In this document: piece after piece, positions 38,915 through 47,378 of the stretch | Position numbering within the stretch: the first letter of the stretch is position 1 | Layout of the letters: each line of letters opens with the position of its first letter | Assembly (NCBI GenBank): GCA_031409275.1 | Contig: JANNXA010000051.1 | Span: 356,809 to 420,808 of the forward strand | Origin: Planctomycetota bacterium | GTDB taxonomy: Bacteria; Planctomycetota; B15-G4; SIAN01 | DNA length: 64,000 nt | Reading direction: 5' to 3' | Program-made: the position numbers and the translations under genes | The notes under the pieces: model-generated | The model's database searches: none | Seen by the model: only the letters and a program-made list of their open reading frames with translations | What the model was told of the DNA's origin: nothing

Positions 38915-40033
38915 CTAGCCGCCGCTCGCCGGCGGCTGGTCCTTGGCGGGATCGATGTTGCGGCGTCGAAGGGCGGCGTTCGGATCGCCGATGGCGGCGA
39001 TGTCGTCCGGCCCGAACTGGGTCGGCGTCGGCAGCTGCAGTCCGGGCGGCAACACGCGGCGGAAGCGATCCTGTGCCGTGCGCACGCGAGCGCTGCCCTT
39101 GATGGCCGCGATGTTCAGCGCCTTCAAGTTCGGCCCCGCCGGATAGCGCAAGACGACTGCGGTCGCGCGGTAGACGTCGTGCCATGGAACATTGGTCGAG
39201 CGCGTCACCCGATCGGCCATCAGGATGTACGCGGCCTGTTTGTTGTAGATCGGCCCGGTGATGTCGCCCTGCTCGAGCTCGAAGAGCGCCTTCGCGAATG
39301 GATAGAGGTAGAGCAACCCGCCGCGCTCGTCCTCGAGCGTGAGGCCGTCGACGCTGCGCGAAGTCTCGTCCTCGCTGTGCGTGCGGACGACGTCCCGCAT
39401 CGGCGCGCCCGCCTTCAGCTTCGCGATCGCAGCGGCGGCCCGCTTCTCCACATCGGGGAGGTCGTCGCGATAGTGCAGCAGCATCGCCTTCTGCTCGACG
39501 ATCTCCGAGAGCACGACGGTGACGAACATCGACTCGTCGCCCGACGGAGCGACGCGCGTGAGCGACCCGTAGAACTCGTCCCACTCCGCATCGGTCACCG
39601 GCAGCACGGAGACGATCGTCGACGTCACCGCGCGCGTCTGACCTGGGTGGTCGGGATCGGGCTCGTCGCGAATCAGCGTGCGCGGCTCTTGCCCCTCGAG
39701 CCACACTTCGAAGGCCGTCCCTTCGGCCACTGGATCGAACTGAGTGCGACGCCCATCCGGAGTCGCCGCCACATCGAAGAACTTCAGCGTCGCCAGATTG
39801 GCGCCGAGCGTCGTGTTGTCGACGAAACGCTGGGGCGGCGGCGGCGGCTTGCTCGCGTCTTCCGGCCGCTTCCGTTCCCGGCGACGCTTCTCGTCGCGGC
39901 GCTTCTCGTCGCGCGACTTCTCTTCTTTGGGCTGCGGCGGCTCCTCTTGAAACGCCGGGAGCGCTCCCGCCAGCAGGAAGAGGGCGAGGGCGCTGCCGAA
40001 GCGCGCCGCCAAGCGACGATCAGGACGTGGCAA
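38915..40033 (-). CDS. Exported parvulin/PpiC-like peptidyl-prolyl isomerase or chaperone
   Basis: Signal peptide and LKAGAPMRDVVRTHSEDETSR...FAKALFELEQGDITGPI..AAYIL. Confidence 0.65.
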   Translation of the reverse strand: MPRPDRRLAARFGSALALFLLAGALPAFQEEPPQPKEEKSRDEKRRDEKRRRERKRPEDASKPPPPPQRFVDNTTLGANLATLKFFDVAATPDGRRTQFDPVAEGTAFEVWLEGQEPRTLIRDEPDPDHPGQTRAVTSTIVSVLPVTDAEWDEFYGSLTRVAPSGDESMFVTVVLSEIVEQKAMLLHYRDDLPDVEKRAAAAIAKLKAGAPMRDVVRTHSEDETSRSVDGLTLEDERGGLLYLYPFAKALFELEQGDITGPIYNKQAAYILMADRVTRSTNVPWHDVYRATAVVLRYPAGPNLKALNIAAIKGSARVRTAQDRFRRVLPPGLQLPTPTQFGPDDIAAIGDPNAALRRRNIDPAKDQPPASGG

Positions 40034-40084
40034 AGGCGATCTCCGCGAAGGCCGGACCGGCCGGCCGAGGGGCGTCAGGGGGCG

Positions 40085-40870
40085 TCACGGGGTCAGACGA
40101 GAACTAGCGAGGAAACGTTCCGCCCGCGCTTCGACGTCGGCGTCGAAGGTGAGCTGCCTGAAGAGTTGCTCCAGAGAACGCTCGGGGCGACCGCGCAAGA
40201 GCGCCTCGGGCGCCCCATCGGCAACGATTTCACCTTCGTGGAGGATCAGTACCCGGGTGGCGACGCTCTCGGCGACATCGAGCAGGTGGGAACTGTAGAG
40301 CACCGCGACGCCGCGCTGCGACAGTCGCCGCAGGATCTCCTTCACCTGCAGCACGGTCGGCGCGTCGAGGCCAAACAGCGGCTCATCGAGCAGCACCAGC
40401 GCCGGTTCCACCATGAAGGCGGCCGCCAGCGCCGTGCGTTGCCGATTGCCGCGCGAACAGGCCGCGAGGGGAACGTCGACCAGGTCGTCGAGCCCCAAGG
40501 AACCGAGCAGCTCGGGAATGCGCTTGGCCGCAGTCGCGTCGTCGAGCTCGTGGAGGCCGGCCACCAGCTCGAGCTGCTCCCGCGGCGTCAACGCGTCGTA
40601 GAGCGGCGCCGTGTCGGGGACGAAGGCGATCTGGCGACGAATCGCGTCGGCCTCGGTGGCCGGGTCACGGCCCAGCACGCGCACGCTGCCGCCGTCGCGC
40701 GGGAGCTGTCCGGTGAGGATGCGGATCGTGGTCGACTTGCCCGCTCCGTTGGGGCCGAGGAAGGCGACCACTTCGCCGGGCGCGATCGTGAACGAGACGT
40801 CCTTCAGCACGCGGCGCGCGCCAAACGACTTGCTGAGTCCCGTGACTTCGATCGCCGCCGCGCCGCTCAC
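40085..40870 (-). CDS. ABC transporter ATP-binding protein (ABC-2 type)
   Basis: GPNGAGKST, CSRGNRQR, LLDEP and YSSH. Confidence 0.92.
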   Translation of the reverse strand: MSGAAAIEVTGLSKSFGARRVLKDVSFTIAPGEVVAFLGPNGAGKSTTIRILTGQLPRDGGSVRVLGRDPATEADAIRRQIAFVPDTAPLYDALTPREQLELVAGLHELDDATAAKRIPELLGSLGLDDLVDVPLAACSRGNRQRTALAAAFMVEPALVLLDEPLFGLDAPTVLQVKEILRRLSQRGVAVLYSSHLLDVAESVATRVLILHEGEIVADGAPEALLRGRPERSLEQLFRQLTFDADVEARAERFLASSRLTP

Positions 40871-40912
40871 GCCTCGCTCCTGCTGCCCGCCGATGGAACG
40901 CCCCGGAACGGG

Positions 40913-43498
40913 TCACGACATCGTATCGAGCAGCGCCGTCCGCGGCGCCGCGCGCGCCGCATGGCGACCGGGCAACCAACCTGCCAACCACCCCGTCGCC
41001 GTCGCCGCCACCAGCGTCAAGAGCGCCGTCTGGAGCGACGGCGCTGGCGTCACGGCGAACCCCATCTCCTCGAGCGAGAGGATGCGCAAGGCGACGCTGG
41101 CGGCCGCGCCACCGAATGCGAGCCCGAGCAGTCCGCCCATGAAACCGAGCAGCGCCCCCTCGGTCCGAAGCATGCGCGCGACCAGCGAGAGAGGAGCCCC
41201 CAGCGCGCGCAAGAGCGCCAACTCGCGACGGCGCAGCAGCACCGACACCAGCAGCGCGTGCAGCGTGCCGAGGAACGCGACGAGCACCGCCAGCCCTTCC
41301 TGCGCCAGCAGCAGCGTCCAGTAGCGCTCGACGATGCCCATCACGTTGTGCTGCACCGTCGCGGCATCGGCGACCAACGCAGTCGGCTGACCCGTCATGA
41401 CCCGCTCCACGTCGCTCTTGACGTCGGCGATCGGCCGCGTCCCATCGAGCGTCAGCGCGAACTCCTGCACCGCGTCATCGTGGAAGGCTCGCCGATAGAA
41501 GTCGTCGTCGATCCAGATCGAGCCGCGCGGCCAGAGGTAGTCCTCCACCACCGCCAGCACGCGCAGTCCGAGCGGGCCATCGGGGCTGGCCAGCACCACG
41601 CTCGCCCCGCGCGCCTTGCCGAAGCGGTGGGCGAAGCCCTCGCTGACGAAGCACCCCTCGCCACGCGCCAATGCCGCTTCGTCGCGATCGTCGCCCGCCA
41701 CGTATTCAGGGTCACCGGCCTCCGCTGGCCCACCCGCGTCGTAGGCGAACAGCAGCACCCGTTCGCCCTGGTAAGGCAGGCGCGAGAAGCGCAGTCCGTG
41801 GCTGTGCAGCACGCCGGGAATCGCGGCGAGTTCGCCATTCAGGCGCCACTCGAAGTCGCAACCGACCATGCCCGAACCGACGAAGTCCTGCCCCATCACC
41901 AGCAGGTCTTCGCCGACGTTCGCCGCGAACCAGCGGTTGAGCATGCGCACGTAGCTCTTCACCAGCACGTCCGTCGAAAAGACCAGCCCGAAGCCGAGCG
42001 CGATGGCCACGACCGTCAACGCCGTCTGTCCCGCGGCGCGCGCGCAATGGTCGCGAGCGAGTCGCGCCGCGACGCCCCCCGAGCGCAGCAGCCACGGGCC
42101 GCTCACGCGCAGCGCCAGCGTCAGCAACGGCTTCGCCCCGACGGCGAGCGCGCCGATCAGCAGCGCGATGACCAGGTAGCCGCCGTGTGGCAATCGACGC
42201 CCGTCGACGAAACAGAGCGCCATCGCCAGTCCAACGAGCAGCGCCGCCATCGTCGCCGCGCGCTTCGAGCCATGGTCGGCCCCGCGCGACTCCCCGCGCG
42301 CCGCGACCAACGCGGCGACCGGTGCCGCTCGCGCCGCCGCCAACGCGGGTGGCACCACCGCCAGCAACGCTGCCACGACGCCCGCCGCCAATCCCGCCAG
42401 CGCTTCGCCCAGCGAGGGCGTTCGCGCCACGACTTCGACGCGATCGAAGGTCTGTCCGACGGTCGACCAGAAGAGCGATCCCATCGTCCGCGCCAGCAAC
42501 TGCCCCAGCAGCAGACCGGCCAGCCCGCCCAGCGCTCCGATCGCCGCCGCCTCCGCGAACAGCAGCACCTTCAAGCGCGCCGCGGTCAGTCCGAGGCAGC
42601 GCACGATGGCCAGCTCGCGGCGCCGCTCGGCGAGCGCCATCGACAGCGTGCTGTGCACGAGGAAGGCCGCGATCACCAGCGACAGCCACGCAACGAAGCG
42701 CAAGGCGAGCCGAAAGCTGCCGAGCGTCGCGTCGAACTCATGCGCCTGCGAGGCGGGATCCTCGAGTTCGGCGCGACCGGCAAGAACACCGCGCAGCGCG
42801 CGCTCGACCCCTTCGCGATCGGCCGCGGCGTCGCGCCACACCTGGATCGTGTCGACTCGCTGCTTGAGCCCTGCCAGTCGCATCGCGTCCTCGAGTGGCG
42901 CGCCGACCGCGACCTGCAGCGAGCCGTCGAGGAGTCCGGCGGCGTCGAACGTCGCCGCGACGCGCGCCGCCTGCGATCCCGATGGCGTCACGACGAAGAG
43001 CTCGTCGCCCGGCTCGACCCCCCACTCGGCCGCAACGCGAGTCGGCAGATAGAGAGGAACAGCGCCGCCGAACAGCACCGCCAGTGGACTCGCCAAAGCG
43101 CGGAACGCTGGTCGCGGCAACCCCGGCGTCCCCTCGGGCAAGGTGGCGGGGTCGATCCCGACGACCAGGACATTCCAGTGCTCGATCGTTGCGCCGCGCC
43201 CCATCGCGAACGGCCGGATCACCATCGGCGCCGCGGCGCGCACGCCGGCCACGGTGCGCAGCTCATTCGCCAGCTCGAGCGGCACCCCGGCGCGTCCGAC
43301 GCGGACGGTCCAGTCGGCTCCCGCCGCACGCGCGCGCGCCGTCTGCGCGAAGGAGTCGAGCACGCCGCGATTGAGCGCGGCCATGGCGAGGAACGCCCCG
43401 ACGCCAAGCGCCACCGACCCGAGCGCCAGCAGCGTGCGCAGCGCATGGCGCCGGAAATGGCGCAGCGAGAGGAGCCTCAGGACCGCGAGCAGATTCAC
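40913..43498 (-). CDS. FtsX-like permease with two MacB/FtsX modules
   Basis: Two ERRRELA/RRRELALLRALG motifs and two periplasmic domains. GTGA overlap with the ATPase. Confidence 0.88.
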   Translation of the reverse strand: MNLLAVLRLLSLRHFRRHALRTLLALGSVALGVGAFLAMAALNRGVLDSFAQTARARAAGADWTVRVGRAGVPLELANELRTVAGVRAAAPMVIRPFAMGRGATIEHWNVLVVGIDPATLPEGTPGLPRPAFRALASPLAVLFGGAVPLYLPTRVAAEWGVEPGDELFVVTPSGSQAARVAATFDAAGLLDGSLQVAVGAPLEDAMRLAGLKQRVDTIQVWRDAAADREGVERALRGVLAGRAELEDPASQAHEFDATLGSFRLALRFVAWLSLVIAAFLVHSTLSMALAERRRELAIVRCLGLTAARLKVLLFAEAAAIGALGGLAGLLLGQLLARTMGSLFWSTVGQTFDRVEVVARTPSLGEALAGLAAGVVAALLAVVPPALAAARAAPVAALVAARGESRGADHGSKRAATMAALLVGLAMALCFVDGRRLPHGGYLVIALLIGALAVGAKPLLTLALRVSGPWLLRSGGVAARLARDHCARAAGQTALTVVAIALGFGLVFSTDVLVKSYVRMLNRWFAANVGEDLLVMGQDFVGSGMVGCDFEWRLNGELAAIPGVLHSHGLRFSRLPYQGERVLLFAYDAGGPAEAGDPEYVAGDDRDEAALARGEGCFVSEGFAHRFGKARGASVVLASPDGPLGLRVLAVVEDYLWPRGSIWIDDDFYRRAFHDDAVQEFALTLDGTRPIADVKSDVERVMTGQPTALVADAATVQHNVMGIVERYWTLLLAQEGLAVLVAFLGTLHALLVSVLLRRRELALLRALGAPLSLVARMLRTEGALLGFMGGLLGLAFGGAAASVALRILSLEEMGFAVTPAPSLQTALLTLVAATATGWLAGWLPGRHAARAAPRTALLDTMS

Positions 43499-44226
43499 GA
43501 GCGCGCCACGCGATCGGGCGGTGCCAGTCGTCCGTCGCGCAACAACAGCACGCGATCCGCGAAAGGCAGCGCCGCCGGATCGTGCGTCACGACCACCACG
43601 GTTCGCTGCTCGTCATGCGCGAGCCCGCGCAGCAGCGTGAAGATCTCCTGGCCGCGCGCCGAGTCGAGGCTGCCGGTCGGCTCATCGCACAAGAGCACCG
43701 AAGGATCGGCGATCAGCGCGCGCGCGATGGCGACGCGCTGTCGCTCACCACCCGAAAGCTGATCGGGCAGATGGTCGGCGCGAGCGGCCAGTCCGACCTG
43801 GAAGAGGCGCTTTGCGGCGGCGACGTGCGCTTGCGCCTCGCTGACCCCATCGAGCAGCAGCGGCAACAGGACGTTCTCCTGCGCCGTCAGCGTCGGCAGC
43901 AGATGGAACTCCTGGAAGACGAAGCCGAGATGGCGACGGCGCAGTTCGGCCAGCTGCTCGTCCCCAAGCTGCGCGAGATCCAGCGGGGGTGCGCCCGCCT
44001 TGAAGTGGAGCTGCACCGCGCCGGCGCTCGGCCGCTCGAGTCCACCCAGCAGATGGAGCAGCGTGCTCTTGCCCGACCCCGACGGCCCCATCACCAGCAA
44101 CAGCTCGCCCCGCGCCACGTCGAGGTCGACCCCCGCGAGCGCCGCGACGACTTCCCCGCCACGCTCGAAGTGCCGCGTCACGCCCCGCAGCGTGAAGATC
44201 ACATCCGCCGAAGCCGTCGTACCCAT
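43495..44226 (-). CDS. ABC transporter ATP-binding protein (LolD/MacB type)
   Basis: GPSGSGKST, GFVFQEFHL, LSGGERQRVAIARAL, CDEPTGSLD and VTHD. Confidence 0.94.
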   Translation of the reverse strand: MGTTASADVIFTLRGVTRHFERGGEVVAALAGVDLDVARGELLLVMGPSGSGKSTLLHLLGGLERPSAGAVQLHFKAGAPPLDLAQLGDEQLAELRRRHLGFVFQEFHLLPTLTAQENVLLPLLLDGVSEAQAHVAAAKRLFQVGLAARADHLPDQLSGGERQRVAIARALIADPSVLLCDEPTGSLDSARGQEIFTLLRGLAHDEQRTVVVVTHDPAALPFADRVLLLRDGRLAPPDRVARS

Positions 44227-44431
44227 CCCGGCAACTTAGCCGCACGACTTCAATCGCCTCGAAACCTCGCGCCCTCGCCCGCCGCCGCAGATGCCTCCCC
44301 GCCGCACGCTCCTCCCGAAGGCACCTCGCCTCGGTTTCGCCTGCGCGCCGACGCGGTCCAAAGTCTGGCTCCGCCAGGAGCCGACCCTGCTTCCTCGACA
44401 AAGCAGATCCCCCCGCGCCGCACTCTCCGTG

Positions 44432-44673
44432 GGGCGCAGCGCCGAGGGTTCGGCTGCTAGGAGGAGTGCCCGAAGCTGTGTCCGCAGGACACTGCGATGG
44501 GCGCCCCGACGTCTCGCGTACCCGCGAGCGTCTGTAGCAGATGCCGCCCCGCCGCAAGCCCCGTTGGGCGCAGCGCCGAGGGTTTGGCTGCTAGGAGGAG
44601 CGCCCGAAGCTGTGTCCGAAAGGACACTGCGATGGGCGCTTCGACGCCGCAGACGAGCCCTCGCCGCAAGCCC
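44432..44673. repeat. Two tandem copies of a ~110-130 bp palindromic (REP/MITE-like) structured element
   Basis: Copies at 44432-44561 and 44566-44673 share gggcgcagcgccgagggtt.ggctgctaggaggag.gcccgaagctgtgtcc..ggacactgcgatgggcgc and end in cgccgcaagccc. Confidence 0.85.
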
Positions 44674-45657
44674 CTACAGGATGCGACGGCCGAAGGCGGA
44701 GAGGACCAACCCCACCGCGAACTCTGCCGTCCGGTTGCGCGTGTCGAGCACGGGGTTCAGCTCGACGACCTCCATCGACAGCATCTTCTTGCTGTCGGCG
44801 GCGAGTTCCATCAGCAGGTGCGTTTCGCGGAAGTTGAGGCCACCGTTGACCGCGGTGGCGACACCGGGCGCAACCATCGGATCGATGCCGTCGAGGTCGA
44901 CCGACAGGTGGAAGCCGGCGGTGCCATAGGTGACGCGTTCCAGCGCGCGGCGCGCCACTTCGCTCATGCCGAACTGATCGACCTCTTTCATCGTGAAGAC
45001 CAGCGCGCCCGACTTCTTGATCAGGTCCTTCTCGCCCGTGTCGAGATCGCGAATGCCGATCAGAACGGTGTGCTCCGGCTTCACCTTCGGCGCGAAGCCG
45101 CCGAGCTTGACGAGCTCCGGACTTCCGTAGCCGAGCAGCACTCCGAGCGGCATCCCGTGGACGTTGCCGGTCGGGCTGGTGTCGGGCGAGTTCATGTCGC
45201 CGTGCGCGTCGACCCAGATCAGCCCGATCGATTCGCCCTTCGCGTGGAAGTGGCCGGCCACGCCAGCGACCGTTCCCATCGCGATCGAATGGTCGCCGCC
45301 CAGCACGATCGGCCGGCGGCCCTTGGCGACGCTCGCCTGCACCTTCTTGCGCAGCTGTTCGCAGCAGCGGGCGATCTCCTTGGCGAACTTCGCCTTCGAG
45401 TCGCCGACCTTGGTCGTCTCGCGCGACTCGACGTGCAGATCGCCGCCATCGCGCACGTCGTAGCCAAGCTGCTCGAGCTTCTCCTCGAGGCCGGCAATAC
45501 GGATGGCGCTCGGCCCCATGTCGGTGCCGCGGCGCGCGCCGCCGAGGTCCATCGGCACGCCGAGCACATCGATCAAGTGGCGCGGCGCGGCCTTGCTCGT
45601 GCTCTTGAGCGTGCTCTTGTGGCTGGTCTTGGCGACAGGTTTGGTGGTGGTCTTCAC
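44674..45657 (-). CDS. rocF: Arginase
   Basis: GTDMGPSAIR, LGGDHSIA, WVDAHGDMN, GNVHGMP, SVDLDGIDP and EVVELNP. Start GTG 45657. Confidence 0.92.
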   Translation of the reverse strand: MKTTTKPVAKTSHKSTLKSTSKAAPRHLIDVLGVPMDLGGARRGTDMGPSAIRIAGLEEKLEQLGYDVRDGGDLHVESRETTKVGDSKAKFAKEIARCCEQLRKKVQASVAKGRRPIVLGGDHSIAMGTVAGVAGHFHAKGESIGLIWVDAHGDMNSPDTSPTGNVHGMPLGVLLGYGSPELVKLGGFAPKVKPEHTVLIGIRDLDTGEKDLIKKSGALVFTMKEVDQFGMSEVARRALERVTYGTAGFHLSVDLDGIDPMVAPGVATAVNGGLNFRETHLLMELAADSKKMLSMEVVELNPVLDTRNRTAEFAVGLVLSAFGRRIL

Positions 45658-45841
45658 GGCGCTCTTCTCGTCGTTTCGGGGCTTTGGATGGTAGCCCCGG
45701 CCTGCGCCGCGGAGTCGCGCGGGACGGAATATCGCCACGGCGGGATATTCATGCCGAACGGCCGCGGCGGACCGTTCCTTCACGGCATGAATTCGCGCGC
45801 GCGGACCGATCCAATCCGCCGCGCACCCGCTGCCGCAGGGC

Positions 45842-46582
45842 TCACGCGATCGAACGCCCGCCATCGACCGCGATCACCGCGCCGGTGATGAACTCGGGTC
45901 CGTTGGCGAGGAACGCGACCGTGCGCGCCACGTCGTCGGGAGTGCCGACGCGCTTCAGCAACGTCGCGGCGATGGCACGTTCACGCTGCGTCGAATCGAA
46001 CTCCTCGGGCAGCAGCACCGGTCCGGGAGCGACCGCATTCACCCGCACCCGCGGCGCCAGCGCCCGCGCCAATCCATGCGTCAGCGACAAGAGGCCCGCC
46101 TTGGCGGCGCTGTAGGGCAGGTAGGCCGGGTAGGGACGCGTCGCCGCGGCATCGAGGACGTTCACGATCTGCCCTCGTCCCGACGCCGCCAGCAGCGGAG
46201 CCGCGAACTGCGCGCAGAAGAAGGGGGCCTTCAGATTCGACGCCAGCAGCTCGTCCCACTCCTCCTCGCTGACCGAGGCGAACGGCGTGGCGTAGAACGA
46301 GGAGGCGTTGTTCACCAGCAGGTCCAGGCGTCCGACCAGCTCGGCAACGACCCCGAAAAGCCCCTCGATCTCGGCGACCGCCGAGAGGTCGGCACGCACC
46401 AGCCAGCTGCGCCCCCCGAGGGCCTCGACTTCGCGCGCGGTCTCCTCCGCCTCCGCTCGCGAGCGGCGCCAATGGACGACGACGTCGAAACCGCCGCGAG
46501 CCAGATCGAGGGCGATGGCGCGCCCGACCCGCCTTGCGGCGCCGGTGACCAGCGCGATTCGCCGCTCGCCGGCGGCCGGCAC
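45842..46582 (-). CDS. SDR oxidoreductase, pteridine reductase (PTR1/FolM)-like
   Basis: TGAARRVG, LVNNASSF, YSAAK and RVNAVAPG. Start uncertain (GTG 46582, or upstream). Confidence 0.85.
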   Translation of the reverse strand: MPAAGERRIALVTGAARRVGRAIALDLARGGFDVVVHWRRSRAEAEETAREVEALGGRSWLVRADLSAVAEIEGLFGVVAELVGRLDLLVNNASSFYATPFASVSEEEWDELLASNLKAPFFCAQFAAPLLAASGRGQIVNVLDAAATRPYPAYLPYSAAKAGLLSLTHGLARALAPRVRVNAVAPGPVLLPEEFDSTQRERAIAATLLKRVGTPDDVARTVAFLANGPEFITGAVIAVDGGRSIA

Positions 46583-46652
46583 GGCCGCGACTTCCGACTT
46601 CCTTCGGGTCGCTGGCTTGATCGCCCTGCCTCGCTTGCTCAACTCACCCTCC

Positions 46653-46958
46653 ATGCCATGGAACAAGGTCACCACCGTCCGCGACATTCCTCAAGGTAGC
46701 CGCAAGCACGTCACCCTTGCCGGCCACGAGTACATGCTCCTCCATACGAAGGAGGGGATCTGGTGCATCGACCATCGCTGCCCGCATGCCGACGGCGCGG
46801 TGGGCGACGGGATGATCCTCGGCCAGAACATCACCTGCCCGCTGCACAAGTGGCGCTTCGACCTCTGCGACGGCTCGCACGCCCACAAGGGAACGAAGAA
46901 CCTCGGCGTCTACGCGGTGAAGGTCGAGGGCGAGGACGTGCTGATCGAGACGGGCTGA
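46653..46958 (+). CDS. Rieske [2Fe-2S] ferredoxin
   Basis: CPHADG and CPLHKWRFDL motifs. ATG 46653 (MPWNKV). Confidence 0.9.
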   Translation: MPWNKVTTVRDIPQGSRKHVTLAGHEYMLLHTKEGIWCIDHRCPHADGAVGDGMILGQNITCPLHKWRFDLCDGSHAHKGTKNLGVYAVKVEGEDVLIETG

Positions 46959-46976
46959 GCGGGAGCCGGCCGTTCC

Positions 46977-47378
46977 TCAGAACGGCAGCTCCTCGTCGGG
47001 ATCGAGCGGTGGCGACTCGCGACCGGCGGCAGAGTCGCCCGCGGCCGGCTCCTCCTTCTTGCGGCGTTTCCGTTTGCGCGGTGCGGCGTCTTCTCCCGCT
47101 TCGTCGGCGCCGCCTTCCGCCGCTTCGGCCGCGGCGTCATCGTCATCGAGGTCCTTCAGCACTTCGACGACGCGCGCCTCGGTCGCCTTCAATTTGGCGC
47201 GGCACACCTTGAGCAGCGCGACGGCCCGCTCCACTTTCAGGGCAAGCTCGTCGACGTCGACCTCGTCGCGATCGATCGAGGCGAGCAACTGCTCGATCTC
47301 CTCGACGGCCGCGGCGTAACGCACCGCATCGGGCTCGTCGCCCGCCGCATCCTTCGCATCGCGTCCCTGTCCCATCAC
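46977..47378 (-). CDS. xseB: Exodeoxyribonuclease VII small subunit
   Basis: YAAAVEEIEQLL..IDRDEVDVDELALKVERAVALLKVCRAKL. Overlaps the xseA stop. Confidence 0.88.
   Translation of the reverse strand: MMGQGRDAKDAAGDEPDAVRYAAAVEEIEQLLASIDRDEVDVDELALKVERAVALLKVCRAKLKATEARVVEVLKDLDDDDAAAEAAEGGADEAGEDAAPRKRKRRKKEEPAAGDSAAGRESPPLDPDEELPF

Noticed and set aside
38768..43762. 1664-aa plus-strand ORF
   Set aside because: Antisense shadow of the ABC/parvulin genes. It is an Arg/Ala-rich sequence with no motifs, as expected in high-GC DNA.
44432..44673. CRISPR array or riboswitch
   Set aside because: Only two long units with no unique spacers and no cas genes. I recognise no riboswitch consensus in it.
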